In this document: positions 8,226 through 18,080 of the stretch, piece after piece
Numbering within the stretch: the stretch's first letter is position 1
Layout: each line of letters opens with the position of its first letter
Assembly: GCA_003697015.1 (NCBI GenBank)
Contig: RFGL01000065.1
Coordinates: 1 to 63,358, forward strand
Length of the DNA stretch: 63,358 bases
Source: Acidobacteriota bacterium
Lineage (GTDB): Bacteria; Acidobacteriota; Thermoanaerobaculia; Multivoradales; J023
Direction of reading: 5' to 3'
Translations under genes and position numbers: made by a program
Notes under the pieces: model-generated
What the model was told of the DNA's origin: nothing
The model's database searches: none
What the model saw: the letters and a program-made list of their open reading frames with translations, nothing else

Positions 8226-9061
8226 CCCTTGATCTCCTCGCGCAGGCGCTCGGCGTCGCGGGCGGCGAATTCCGCCGACGGCGAGCCATCGATCACCGTG
8301 AGGGCGTGCTCGGCGGCCGCCACGGCATCGGCATGGCGGCCGTGCTTGGCCAACAGCCGCGCCTTCAGGGCGTGGGTCCAGTAGATGTCGCTCGCCGCCG
8401 CCGCCTGCTCGGCCCAGCTCAGGGCGGCGTCGAGGTGCATGTCGTTGTTGTAGAAGTACTGGGCCCAGGTGTACGGCGCGCGCGGATCGGTGCCGGCGGC
8501 GACGGCGGCGCGGGCGGCCTCGAGCAGGATGGTCTCGTTGTCGAAGGCGACGTCGAAGCTCACCCGCACGTCGGCCCAGTGGATCGCCACCGTCGCGCTG
8601 TCGGCGGTGAAGGCGGGAAAGCCGATCCACAAGGACTCCTGGTGCGGCGCCTTCTCGCTCTTGACCTCGATCCGCAAGGCGTCTTTCTCCGGCTCGTGAT
8701 TGAAGGCACCCCATTGGTCGGGGACCGTATTGAAGATCACCGTCCAGGACTCGGGGTTGGGGATGGTGAAGAGGGCGTACTTCCCGGCCTTCAGGGGCTG
8801 GCCGTTGATCTTGGCGTCGTGGCTGATCTCGAAGGTGGTGGCTTCGTTGGCACCGGTGCGCCAGACCTTGCCCCACGGGACCAGCTCGCCGAAGATCTTG
8901 CGGCCGCGGACGCTCGGCCGGCTGTAGTGGATGGAGATCTTGCTGATGCCGACGGTCTGTTCGACCGCCGCCGGCGGGCTGACCCGCGGCTGCGCCGCCA
9001 GATCGGTCGCCAAAAGGGTACCGGCGAGGGCGAGCGCCGGAAGGACGATCATCTGCTTCAT
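8210..9061 (-). CDS. DUF2911-like secreted protein with TPR-like C-terminal region
   Basis: 283-aa ORF with signal peptide MKQMIVLPALALAGTLLATDLAAQ. The motif SIHYSRPSVRGRKIFGELVPWGKVWRTGANEATTFE is as I recall for DUF2911. Confidence 0.65.
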   Translation of the reverse strand: MKQMIVLPALALAGTLLATDLAAQPRVSPPAAVEQTVGISKISIHYSRPSVRGRKIFGELVPWGKVWRTGANEATTFEISHDAKINGQPLKAGKYALFTIPNPESWTVIFNTVPDQWGAFNHEPEKDALRIEVKSEKAPHQESLWIGFPAFTADSATVAIHWADVRVSFDVAFDNETILLEAARAAVAAGTDPRAPYTWAQYFYNNDMHLDAALSWAEQAAAASDIYWTHALKARLLAKHGRHADAVAAAEHALTVIDGSPSAEFAARDAERLREEIKGWQGS

Positions 9062-9232
9062 GGATGGGATTCCTCTCGGTAGTTGGGGCCGCAGGCGACC
9101 CGGAAACGGGATGGGGGCCTCACCACCATACGGGGCAGCGGACGAAAAGATCCGCCGCCGGCTCGACCGGGGGCCGGGCGGTATACTCCGGCCGCCTGCG
9201 GCGTGCCGCCGCTTCGAAAGGCCGAGACGCCG

Positions 9233-9847
9233 ATGACCTGGCTCGAGGACCCGATCGCCGCCATCGCGGCACTGCCGCCCCTGACCCTGCCTCTGGTCGT
9301 CTTCGCCGCAGCGTTTCTCGAATACGTCGTGCCGCCCTTCTGGGGCGACACGGTGATTCTACTGGGGTTTTTTCTCGCCGGCCAAGGGGTGATCGGTTGG
9401 GGGGAGATCTTCGCCGCCGCCTTCGCCGGCGGCCTCCTCGGCGCGGTGGCGGCCTATCTCCTCGGCCGGCGCTACGGCCTGCGCGCGGTGCGACGCCTCA
9501 CCCCGCGCCGCAGGTCGCGATTCCGCTCCCGCGAGCGCGTCCAACGCCTCTTCGCCCGCTTCGGCGAACGGGTGCTGCTGCTCAATCGCTTCCTGCCGGT
9601 AGTACGCGGGCTGATGCTCTACGCCGCTGGCGCCATGCATCTGCGGCTGCGGCCGGTGCTGGTCTACTGCACCGTCGGCAATCTGCCGTGGATCGTCCTC
9701 CTGATGACGGTCGGCATGCTGACCGGCGGCAGCTGGGATCAGATCCTGGCCAGCTTCCGGGGCTACAGCCAGCTGCTCGGCGCCTTCGCCTTCGGCGTCC
9801 TCCTCCTGTGGCTCGGCTGGCTGGTCTGGCAGTACCGGCGGGTCTGA
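9233..9847 (+). CDS. DedA-family (SNARE-associated/VTT) membrane protein
   Basis: Track ORF 9083..9847 trimmed to ATG 9233 (MTWLEDPIAAIAALPPLTLPLVVFAAAFLEYVVPPFWGDTVILLGFFLA...). Multi-pass hydrophobic protein. A TATACT -10-like hexamer lies at 9182..9187. Confidence 0.75.
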   Translation: MTWLEDPIAAIAALPPLTLPLVVFAAAFLEYVVPPFWGDTVILLGFFLAGQGVIGWGEIFAAAFAGGLLGAVAAYLLGRRYGLRAVRRLTPRRRSRFRSRERVQRLFARFGERVLLLNRFLPVVRGLMLYAAGAMHLRLRPVLVYCTVGNLPWIVLLMTVGMLTGGSWDQILASFRGYSQLLGAFAFGVLLLWLGWLVWQYRRV

Positions 9848-9869
9848 GCCCCCCGCCTTCCCGCGCTGC

Positions 9870-11078
9870 TCACGGATCCCCCGGCCAGTCGACCAGCGGC
9901 AGGATCTCGCACGGCGCTCCGGCCTCCCTGGCCTCGGCATCGGCGGGGATGCGCAGCAGGACGCTGCCGCGGCCGTAGGCGGCGACGTCGTGCGAGCCGC
10001 GCGGCGGCAAGGGGGTGGCGAAGAGGCGTCCCCGGCGGATCGCCGCCTTCGCCGCCAGGAAGCGATCCCGCCCCTTGGCCCCGCGCAAGGGCGCGGTCAG
10101 CTCGGCGGCCAGGGCGCCGTGCCAGAAGCCGTCGGCGAGCCCCATCAGCCGGCGCAGCAGGGGACGGACGAAGAGCCAGAAACCGACCATCACCGACGCC
10201 GGATTGCCCGGCAGCCCGAAGACCCAGCCGCCGGCGTGGCGGGCGGCGACCAGGGGCTTGCCCGGCTGCATGGCGACGCGGTCGAAGATCGCCGTGCAGC
10301 CGAGCTCGGCGAGGACGTCCTCCACCAGATCGAGCTCCCCCATCGACACCCCGCCGCTGAGCAGCAGGACGTCCCGCGTCAGGCCCTGCCGTATCAAGCG
10401 GCGCAGGGCCGACGGCTCGTCCGGCGCGATGCCGAGGGCATGGGGAGCGATGCCGAGGGTGCCGAGGGCGGCGGCCAGGAAGGCGCTGTTGGAATCGCGC
10501 AGCTGGCCGGCGGCGGGCTCGACCTCCGGCGGCACCACCTCGTCGCCGGTGGCCAGGGTGGCGACCGACGGCCGGCGGTGGACCTTCACCGCGGCGTAGC
10601 CGTGCGCCGCCAGGAGTGAAATGCCGGCCGGCGTCAGCCGCTCGCCGGCGGCGAGCAACGGCGCCCCTCGCGCCAGCACCTCGGCCCGGCGGCGGATGTG
10701 GGCCCCGGCCGGCGGCGCTACGTCGATGCGCACCCGCCGGTCGCCGCCGTCGGTCTCCTCGACCGGCACCACCCGGTCGCCGCCGTCCGGCACCACCGCG
10801 CCGGTCATGATCTTGGCCGCCGTGCCCGGCTGCAGGCGGAAGGACGGCGGCCGGCCGGCGGTGACCGTGCCGGCCACCGGCAGGACGCTGCCCGCCGCCA
10901 CCGGCCCGGCACAGACGTAGCCGTCCATCGCCGAGACGTCGGCCGGCGGCAGGTCGGCGGTGGCCGCCAGCGCCTCCGCCAGCACCCGCCCGCAGGCGTC
11001 GGCGCGGCTTACCGACTCCGGCGGCAAGGGCGACAGGTGGCGGTCGATCCGCCGCCAGGCTTGCTCGGGTACCAGCAT
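9870..11078 (-). CDS. moeA: Molybdopterin molybdenumtransferase MoeA
   Basis: 402-aa ORF. Contains ...ADLPPADVSAMDGYV..., a MoeA/gephyrin E-domain-like layout and the GGVSMGELD motif. Confidence 0.85.
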   Translation of the reverse strand: MLVPEQAWRRIDRHLSPLPPESVSRADACGRVLAEALAATADLPPADVSAMDGYVCAGPVAAGSVLPVAGTVTAGRPPSFRLQPGTAAKIMTGAVVPDGGDRVVPVEETDGGDRRVRIDVAPPAGAHIRRRAEVLARGAPLLAAGERLTPAGISLLAAHGYAAVKVHRRPSVATLATGDEVVPPEVEPAAGQLRDSNSAFLAAALGTLGIAPHALGIAPDEPSALRRLIRQGLTRDVLLLSGGVSMGELDLVEDVLAELGCTAIFDRVAMQPGKPLVAARHAGGWVFGLPGNPASVMVGFWLFVRPLLRRLMGLADGFWHGALAAELTAPLRGAKGRDRFLAAKAAIRRGRLFATPLPPRGSHDVAAYGRGSVLLRIPADAEAREAGAPCEILPLVDWPGDP

Positions 11079-11114
11079 CGACAGGCTCCGTCTCAGCCCC
11101 GAGAGGGCGTTAGG

Positions 11115-11123
11115 TGGTATAGT
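11115..11123 (+). promoter_or_regulatory. Possible extended -10 promoter element (TGGTATAGT) upstream of 11268..12035
   Basis: TG-G-TATAGT read on the plus strand in the 189-bp divergent intergenic region. No convincing -35 element. Confidence 0.3.
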
Positions 11124-11267
11124 TCCGTAGTCGGTCTCATGACGCTCAGCGCGGTGCGGGCCGCCTTATGCTAACGTCCCCCGCGCCGAGACCGAACCGC
11201 TTGCCTCGGGGAATGCCGCACGCGCCGGAATGAGGGGGGGGAGCGGCCCAGGGAACGCCGACCGTCG

Positions 11268-12035
11268 ATGTCCAGTCCATTCCACTACCGCGGTACCTTG
11301 GAAGAAACGGCCTTGCCGGAGATGTTCTTCACCATCTTCCGGCATCGGGTGCCGGGGCTGATCGACATCAGCCGAGACGGCGTCACCAAGCGCATCTACA
11401 TCCAAGACGGCAACGTCCTCCACGCCTCGTCGACCGATCGGGCGGACCGGCTCGGGGCCTACCTCTACCGCACCGGCAAGCTGTCGCGCCAGGACCTGGA
11501 GCGGACCATCCGCAAGCTGGCAGGCTCCAGCGCCAAACACGGCCAGATCATGATCGAGGAGGGCCTGCTCTCCCCCGGCGAGCTCTACGAGGCGATCCGC
11601 GGCCAGATGGAGTCGATCATCTGGAGCGTCTTCTCGTGGCAGGAGGGCGAGGTCTCCTTCCGCATCGGGGAGTTCAACGAGCCGACGATCAAGATCCACC
11701 TGCCGATGCGGCAGGTCATCCTGCGCGGCATCAAGCGGGCGCCGGACACCAAGTCCCTGATCGGCCGCCTGGGCCGCAAACAGACCGTGCTGCGCCCCTG
11801 CTATTGCACCGAGGATCTGATCGAGATCGCCATCGACCTCGAGGAGTACGCCCTCCTGCGGCTGGTCGACGGCAAGCGGACGATCTACGACGTCTGCACC
11901 GAGGGGCCGTTCAACGTCTCCGAGAATGCGCGCCTGCTCTACGCTTTCTACGTCCTGCAGATGGTGGAGAGGGTCGAGGGCGACGGCCGCGGGGTCACCA
12001 TCCGCCTCGACGCCGACAAGAAAGTCGCGTCGTAG
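11268..12035 (+). CDS. DUF4388-like domain protein
   Basis: 255-aa ORF. Begins GTLEETALPEMFFTIFRHRVPGLIDISRDGVTKRIYIQDGNVLHASS...LGAYLYRTGKLSRQDL, the pattern I associate with DUF4388 (PATAN-like) proteins. Confidence 0.6.
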   Translation: MSSPFHYRGTLEETALPEMFFTIFRHRVPGLIDISRDGVTKRIYIQDGNVLHASSTDRADRLGAYLYRTGKLSRQDLERTIRKLAGSSAKHGQIMIEEGLLSPGELYEAIRGQMESIIWSVFSWQEGEVSFRIGEFNEPTIKIHLPMRQVILRGIKRAPDTKSLIGRLGRKQTVLRPCYCTEDLIEIAIDLEEYALLRLVDGKRTIYDVCTEGPFNVSENARLLYAFYVLQMVERVEGDGRGVTIRLDADKKVAS

Positions 12036-12135
12036 GAATACCAAGCCCGCCGGCGTTGTTGATGCCTACGGCGTCAGGGCGACGGCGGTCGTCGTCTGCA
12101 ATCCCTTCACCGGCAGGTCCAAGCGAGGTTCGACC

Positions 12136-12459
12136 ATGCCCCTCTACGAATACCGATGCCCCGACTGTGAGGCCCAGTACGAGGTCATGCAGCGTTTCAG
12201 CGATCCGCCTCTGACCACCTGCAAAGAGTGCGAGGGCCCCAACCTGCAGAAGCTCATCTCGGCGCCCGCGTTTCAGTTCAAGGGCAGCGGCTGGTACGTC
12301 ACCGACTACGCCCGCAAAGGCAACGGCACCAAGGCCAAGGGCGGCGACGAGGCAGCCGGCGACGGCGCGAGCAAGGAAGCGGCCAAGAGCGACGGCAAGG
12401 CCAAGAGCGACGGCAAGGCGGCGGGCAGCGCGCCGGCGAACGCCGGTGCCGCCAGCTGA
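12136..12459 (+). CDS. FmdB-family zinc-ribbon protein (CxxC...CxxC) with a low-complexity K/A/G/D tail
   Basis: Track ORF 11926..12459 trimmed to ATG 12136: MPLYEYRCPDCEAQYEVMQRFSDPPLTTCKECEG...FKGSGWY, the canonical FmdB/TIGR02605-like N-terminus. Confidence 0.85.
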   Translation: MPLYEYRCPDCEAQYEVMQRFSDPPLTTCKECEGPNLQKLISAPAFQFKGSGWYVTDYARKGNGTKAKGGDEAAGDGASKEAAKSDGKAKSDGKAAGSAPANAGAAS

Positions 12460-13856
<1,397 letters not shown>

Positions 13857-13860
<4 letters not shown>

Positions 13861-15623
13861 GACTCCGCCTCCCCCGGCGCGGTGGCCGTCGCGGCACCCT
13901 CCAGGGGCAGGACGACGGTGATCGCCGAGCCGCGCCCGGGCTCGCTGTCGACCACGATCTCGCCGCCATGCTCGTCCACGATTCGATACACAATAGCCAT
14001 GCCTATACCCGTTCCATCATCAAAAAACGACTTGAATGGATGAAAGAGATTCGCCCGCTCCTCTTCGTTCATGCCGCTCCCGGTGTCCTGGACCCGGATA
14101 GCATACCTGTCTTCCCAGATCCGGCCCGCCACCGTCAGGGTACCGCCATCCGGCATCGCCTTCAGCGCATTGCGCACCAGATTCCAGAATACCTGGCTGA
14201 TCTGGTCCGGATCGGCGACGATCTCGACCGACGGCGGATCGAGATCGACCACCAGCCGGTGCTCCGGCTTGACCTCCGGGCTGTGCTCGAGCAGCTCCAC
14301 GTGCTCCGCCAGGGCCGCGGCGACGTCGAAGCGCTTCGGCCGGCGGGGGCGCGGGCGGGCGAATTCGAGGAAGCTCTTGACCGTGCGGTCCAGGCGCTGG
14401 CTCTCGCGGCGGATGATGTCGAGCAGCTTGCTCTGGGAGGGGCTGGCGGCGAGGGACGAAGCGAGCATCTGGGTCGAGCCCGAGATCGCCGCCAGGGGAT
14501 TCCCGACCTCATGCGCCAGACCGGCAGCCATCGCTCCCACCGCTGCCATGCGATCCTTCATCCGCACCTGATCCTGGAGCCGGCGCAGCTCGGTGAGGTC
14601 CTGGAAGATGACGATGAAGCCGCGTTCCGCCCCCCGGCCGTCGCGCAGGATGGCGAGAGAGTAGCCGACCGGCACCGTCTCGTCGCCGCGCCGGACGTCG
14701 TGCTCGAGCCGCAGATTGTGCACCCCGCTGCCCTTGGTGACCAGATGGTGCTCGCTGGTCTCGGCCCAGGCCTCGCGGCTGAAGAGGCCGGAGTCGGCGA
14801 TGTGCCGGCCGATCAGCTGCTGCCGGCTACGGCCGAGGATCTCCTCCGCCGCCAGGTTGACGCTGGTGACGATGCCGCCGACGTCGGTGGTGATCAAGCC
14901 GCTGGTGATCGACTGCACGACGTCGTGGTGGAGGGCCTGAAGGTGGGCGAGGTCGGCGTCGCGCTCGGCCAGCGCCCGCTCGGCGCGGGCGACGTCGCGC
15001 CCCAGGTAGGCGGTGAGGATGGCGATGGCGTAGAAGCCGATCAGATGGACCATCAGGTTGTAGACCAGCTGCACCGTCGACGGGAACGGCGTCGCCGGCT
15101 GGATGAAGGCGGGCAACGGGTAGTGGGCGGCGAGCAGCGGCAGGCTGTGCATGACGAAGGCGAGGCCGGCGACGATCAGCCCGGCCGAGCGCCGCAACAG
15201 CACCGAGGCGACGCTGATCACCACCAGATAGAGGATGGTGAAGCCGCCGGCCGGGCCGCCGAGGACGTTGATGAAGAGGTAGACCAGCACCAGGTCGCCG
15301 AGGAATTGGACGTAGGCCTGGGCGACGACGAAGCGCTGCGGCAGGAACTGCAACAGGGCGATGTAGACCAGGGTGAGGACCGAACCGCCGGCGAGCAGGA
15401 CGCGCGCCGGCCGGGCGAGCCAGGCGACCTCGTCGCCCGCCGTGCCGCTGGTGGCGAATTGGTAGGTGACCGCGACGGTGCAGATCACCAGCATGCGGAT
15501 GGCGATCAGCCAACGCAGCTGGTGGGCCAGCTCGGCGGGCTGGGCGTCCGCCGGCGCCGGCGGGACGATGCGCCGTTTGAAGGGCCGAAGACCCTCTTTG
15601 CTCGCCGCCGCCAACGCGATCAA
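13857..15623 (-). CDS. pilS: Membrane sensor histidine kinase (PilS-like by context)
   Basis: 588 aa with a multi-TM N-terminus and a PAS-like region. H-box AGLAHEVGNPLAAI and HATPase motifs DTGSGM, GTGIGMAIVYRIV. Start uncertain (TTG at 15623 overlapping the pilC stop). Confidence 0.75.
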
Positions 15624-16825
15624 TTGATCTGGGTGATGATCGAGTACATCGGCAAGTACATCGCCGTGACGATGGTGCCGATCACCACGCCCAGGAAGGT
15701 GATCATGAGCGGCTCGATCAGCTTCATCAGACCGGCGACCGCGGTGTCGACCTCGTCCTCGTAGAAGTCGGCGATCTTGGACAGCATCTGGTCGAGAGCA
15801 CCGGTCTGCTCGCCGACGCCGATCATCTGCACCACCATCGCCGGGAAGACCTTGGTCTCCGCCAGCGGGCCGCTGATCGTCTTGCCCTCCTCAACGCTCT
15901 TGCGCACCAGCATGATCGAGTCTTCGATGATCGCGTTGCCCGAGGTCTTGGCGGTGATCTCGAGCCCGTCGAGGATCGGCACGCCGCTGGAGGTCAGGGT
16001 GGCCAGGGTGCGGCAGAAGCGGGCGATGGCGATCTTGCGCAGCAGCATGCCGATCACCGGCATCTTGAGCAGCAGATTGTCGAGCACCCGCCGGCCCTGG
16101 TAGGTCTGGTGCCACTGGCGGATGGCCAAGACGCCGAGGATGACCAGCAGGATGATCCACGGCGCGTAGTCGGCGACGAATTCGCTGGCGCTCACCACCC
16201 AGCGGGTGAGGAAGGGCAGCTCGGCACCGAGGCCGGCGAAGAGCTGGGCGAAGACCGGGATCACCTTCCACAGGATGATGAAGACCACCCCGCAGGCGAT
16301 GACGATCACCGTCACCGGGTAGATCATCGCCGACTTGACCTGCGACTTGAGCTTGACCGCCTTCTCGATGTAGTTCGCCAAGCGCTGCAGGATGATGTCG
16401 AGGATGCCGCCCGCTTCGCCGGCGGCGATCATGTTGACGTAGAGGTTGTCGAAGGCCTTGGGATGCTTCTGCATCGCGTCGGCCAGGGACGAGCCGCTCT
16501 CGACGTCGGTGCGCACCGTGGTCAGGACGTCGCGGAAGGTTCGCTGCTCCTCCTGCTCGCCGAGGATCTCCAGGCACTGCACCAGCGGCAGGCCGGCGTC
16601 GAGCATGACCGAGAACTGGCGGGTGAAGATGGCGATCTTCTTCGACCCCACCTTGCCGCCGAACTTCGGCAGCAGGGGGATGCGCCGGTCCTTCTCGCGC
16701 AGGGAAGTGACCTGGATCTGCTGCCGCCGCAGGATGGCGGCCGCAGCGTCGCGGCTGTCCGCCGCCAGCACGCCGCCGCGCACCTCGCCGGCCCGGGTTC
16801 GGCCTTTCCAGACAAAGCTCGCCAC
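15620..16825 (-). CDS. pilC: Type IV pilus assembly platform protein PilC (T2SS F family)
   Basis: 401 aa. Begins MASFVWKGRTRAGEVRGGVLAADSRDAAAAILRRQQIQV, has two T2SSF repeats and three TM segments. GTG start with AGGAGG 6 nt upstream. Confidence 0.9.
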   Translation of the reverse strand: MASFVWKGRTRAGEVRGGVLAADSRDAAAAILRRQQIQVTSLREKDRRIPLLPKFGGKVGSKKIAIFTRQFSVMLDAGLPLVQCLEILGEQEEQRTFRDVLTTVRTDVESGSSLADAMQKHPKAFDNLYVNMIAAGEAGGILDIILQRLANYIEKAVKLKSQVKSAMIYPVTVIVIACGVVFIILWKVIPVFAQLFAGLGAELPFLTRWVVSASEFVADYAPWIILLVILGVLAIRQWHQTYQGRRVLDNLLLKMPVIGMLLRKIAIARFCRTLATLTSSGVPILDGLEITAKTSGNAIIEDSIMLVRKSVEEGKTISGPLAETKVFPAMVVQMIGVGEQTGALDQMLSKIADFYEDEVDTAVAGLMKLIEPLMITFLGVVIGTIVTAMYLPMYSIITQIN

Positions 16826-16848
16826 AGCTCACCTCCTGCTCGTCGGGT

Positions 16849-17973
16849 CTATCGTCGCCTGCCGGCCGCCACCGGCCGCTGTTGGACGTTGGGATTGAGG
16901 GCGGTTGGTCCGCGGTTGATCAGCTCCTGCAACTCGTCGGGATAGCTCGAGCGCGACATCGCCACCTGCAGGGTGATCAGGCGCTTGAAGTAGAGCGAGG
17001 CCAGGGCCTGGTTGAAGGTCTGCATGCCGTACTTGGCCTGGCCGGTCTGCATCATGCCGTAGATCTGATGCACCTTGTCTTCGCGGATCAGGTTGCGGAT
17101 CGCCGAGTTGGGGATCAGGATCTCCATCGCCATCGCCCGTCCCTGGCCCGACGCCCGGGGCAGCAGGGTCTGGCAGAGGATGCCCTCCAGCACCAGCGAC
17201 AGCTGGGCGCGCACCTGCGCTTGCTGGTGCGCCGGGAAGACGTCGATGATGCGGTTGATGGTCTGGGCGGCGGAGTTGGTGTGCAGGGTGGCGAAGGTCA
17301 GATGGCCGGTCTCGGCGATGCGCAGGGCCGACTCGACGGTCTCCAGATCGCGCATCTCGCCGATCAGCACCACGTCGGGGTCCTGGCGCAGGGCGGCGCG
17401 CAGGGCGGCGGCGAAGCTGTGGGTGTCGGCGTGCAGCTCGCGCTGGTTGACCAGGCAGCTCTTGTGACTGTGCAGGTACTCGACCGGATCCTCGATGGTG
17501 ATGATGTGCTCGTGGCGCTCGCGGTTGATCTTGTCGAGCATCGCCGCCAGGGTGGTCGACTTGCCCGAGCCGGTCGGGCCGGTGACCAGCACCAGACCAC
17601 GGGGCTTCTCGCAGATCTTCTCCACCACCGCCGGCAAACCGAGCTCGCGGAAGCTGCGGATCTCGTAGGGGATGGTGCGGAAGACCGCCGCCACCGCCCC
17701 GCGCTGGTGGAAGACGTTGGCGCGGAACCGGGCCAACCCCTTGATGCCGAAGGAGAAGTCGATCTCCAGATCCTCCTCCAGGCGGTGCTTCTGGATGTCG
17801 GTGAGGATCGAGTAGGCGATCTGCTTGGTCTCGGTGGCGTTCAGCGGCGGCAGATTGAGCGCCTTCAGCTTGCCGTCGACCCGCACCAAAGGCGGAGAAT
17901 TGGTGGTGATGTGGAGGTCAGAGCCGCCTTGCTCGACCATGCTCTTGAGCAGCGCGTTTAGGGTCGGTGGCAC
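16849..17973 (-). CDS. pilT: Type IV pilus retraction ATPase PilT
   Basis: 374 aa with Walker A GPTGSGKST, Asp/His boxes and the PilT signature AIRNLIREDK. GTG start. Confidence 0.9.
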   Translation of the reverse strand: MPPTLNALLKSMVEQGGSDLHITTNSPPLVRVDGKLKALNLPPLNATETKQIAYSILTDIQKHRLEEDLEIDFSFGIKGLARFRANVFHQRGAVAAVFRTIPYEIRSFRELGLPAVVEKICEKPRGLVLVTGPTGSGKSTTLAAMLDKINRERHEHIITIEDPVEYLHSHKSCLVNQRELHADTHSFAAALRAALRQDPDVVLIGEMRDLETVESALRIAETGHLTFATLHTNSAAQTINRIIDVFPAHQQAQVRAQLSLVLEGILCQTLLPRASGQGRAMAMEILIPNSAIRNLIREDKVHQIYGMMQTGQAKYGMQTFNQALASLYFKRLITLQVAMSRSSYPDELQELINRGPTALNPNVQQRPVAAGRRR

Positions 17974-18080
17974 AATGCGCTCCCGAGTCGGAACCTGCGG
18001 TCGCCCGAACGACGTGGAGCCCGTAGTCTACACGATAGCTCCCAGAGGCGAAAGACGGCCTGGGATATCCTCGGGATCCG

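Noticed and set aside
6148-8289. 713-aa minus-strand ORF, and the N-terminal extension of 7389..8876
   Set aside because: They overlap the VWFA, SDR and DUF2911-like genes in other frames. The composition is dominated by R/P/G/A, and only the last ~278 codons of 7389..8876 show SDR motifs.
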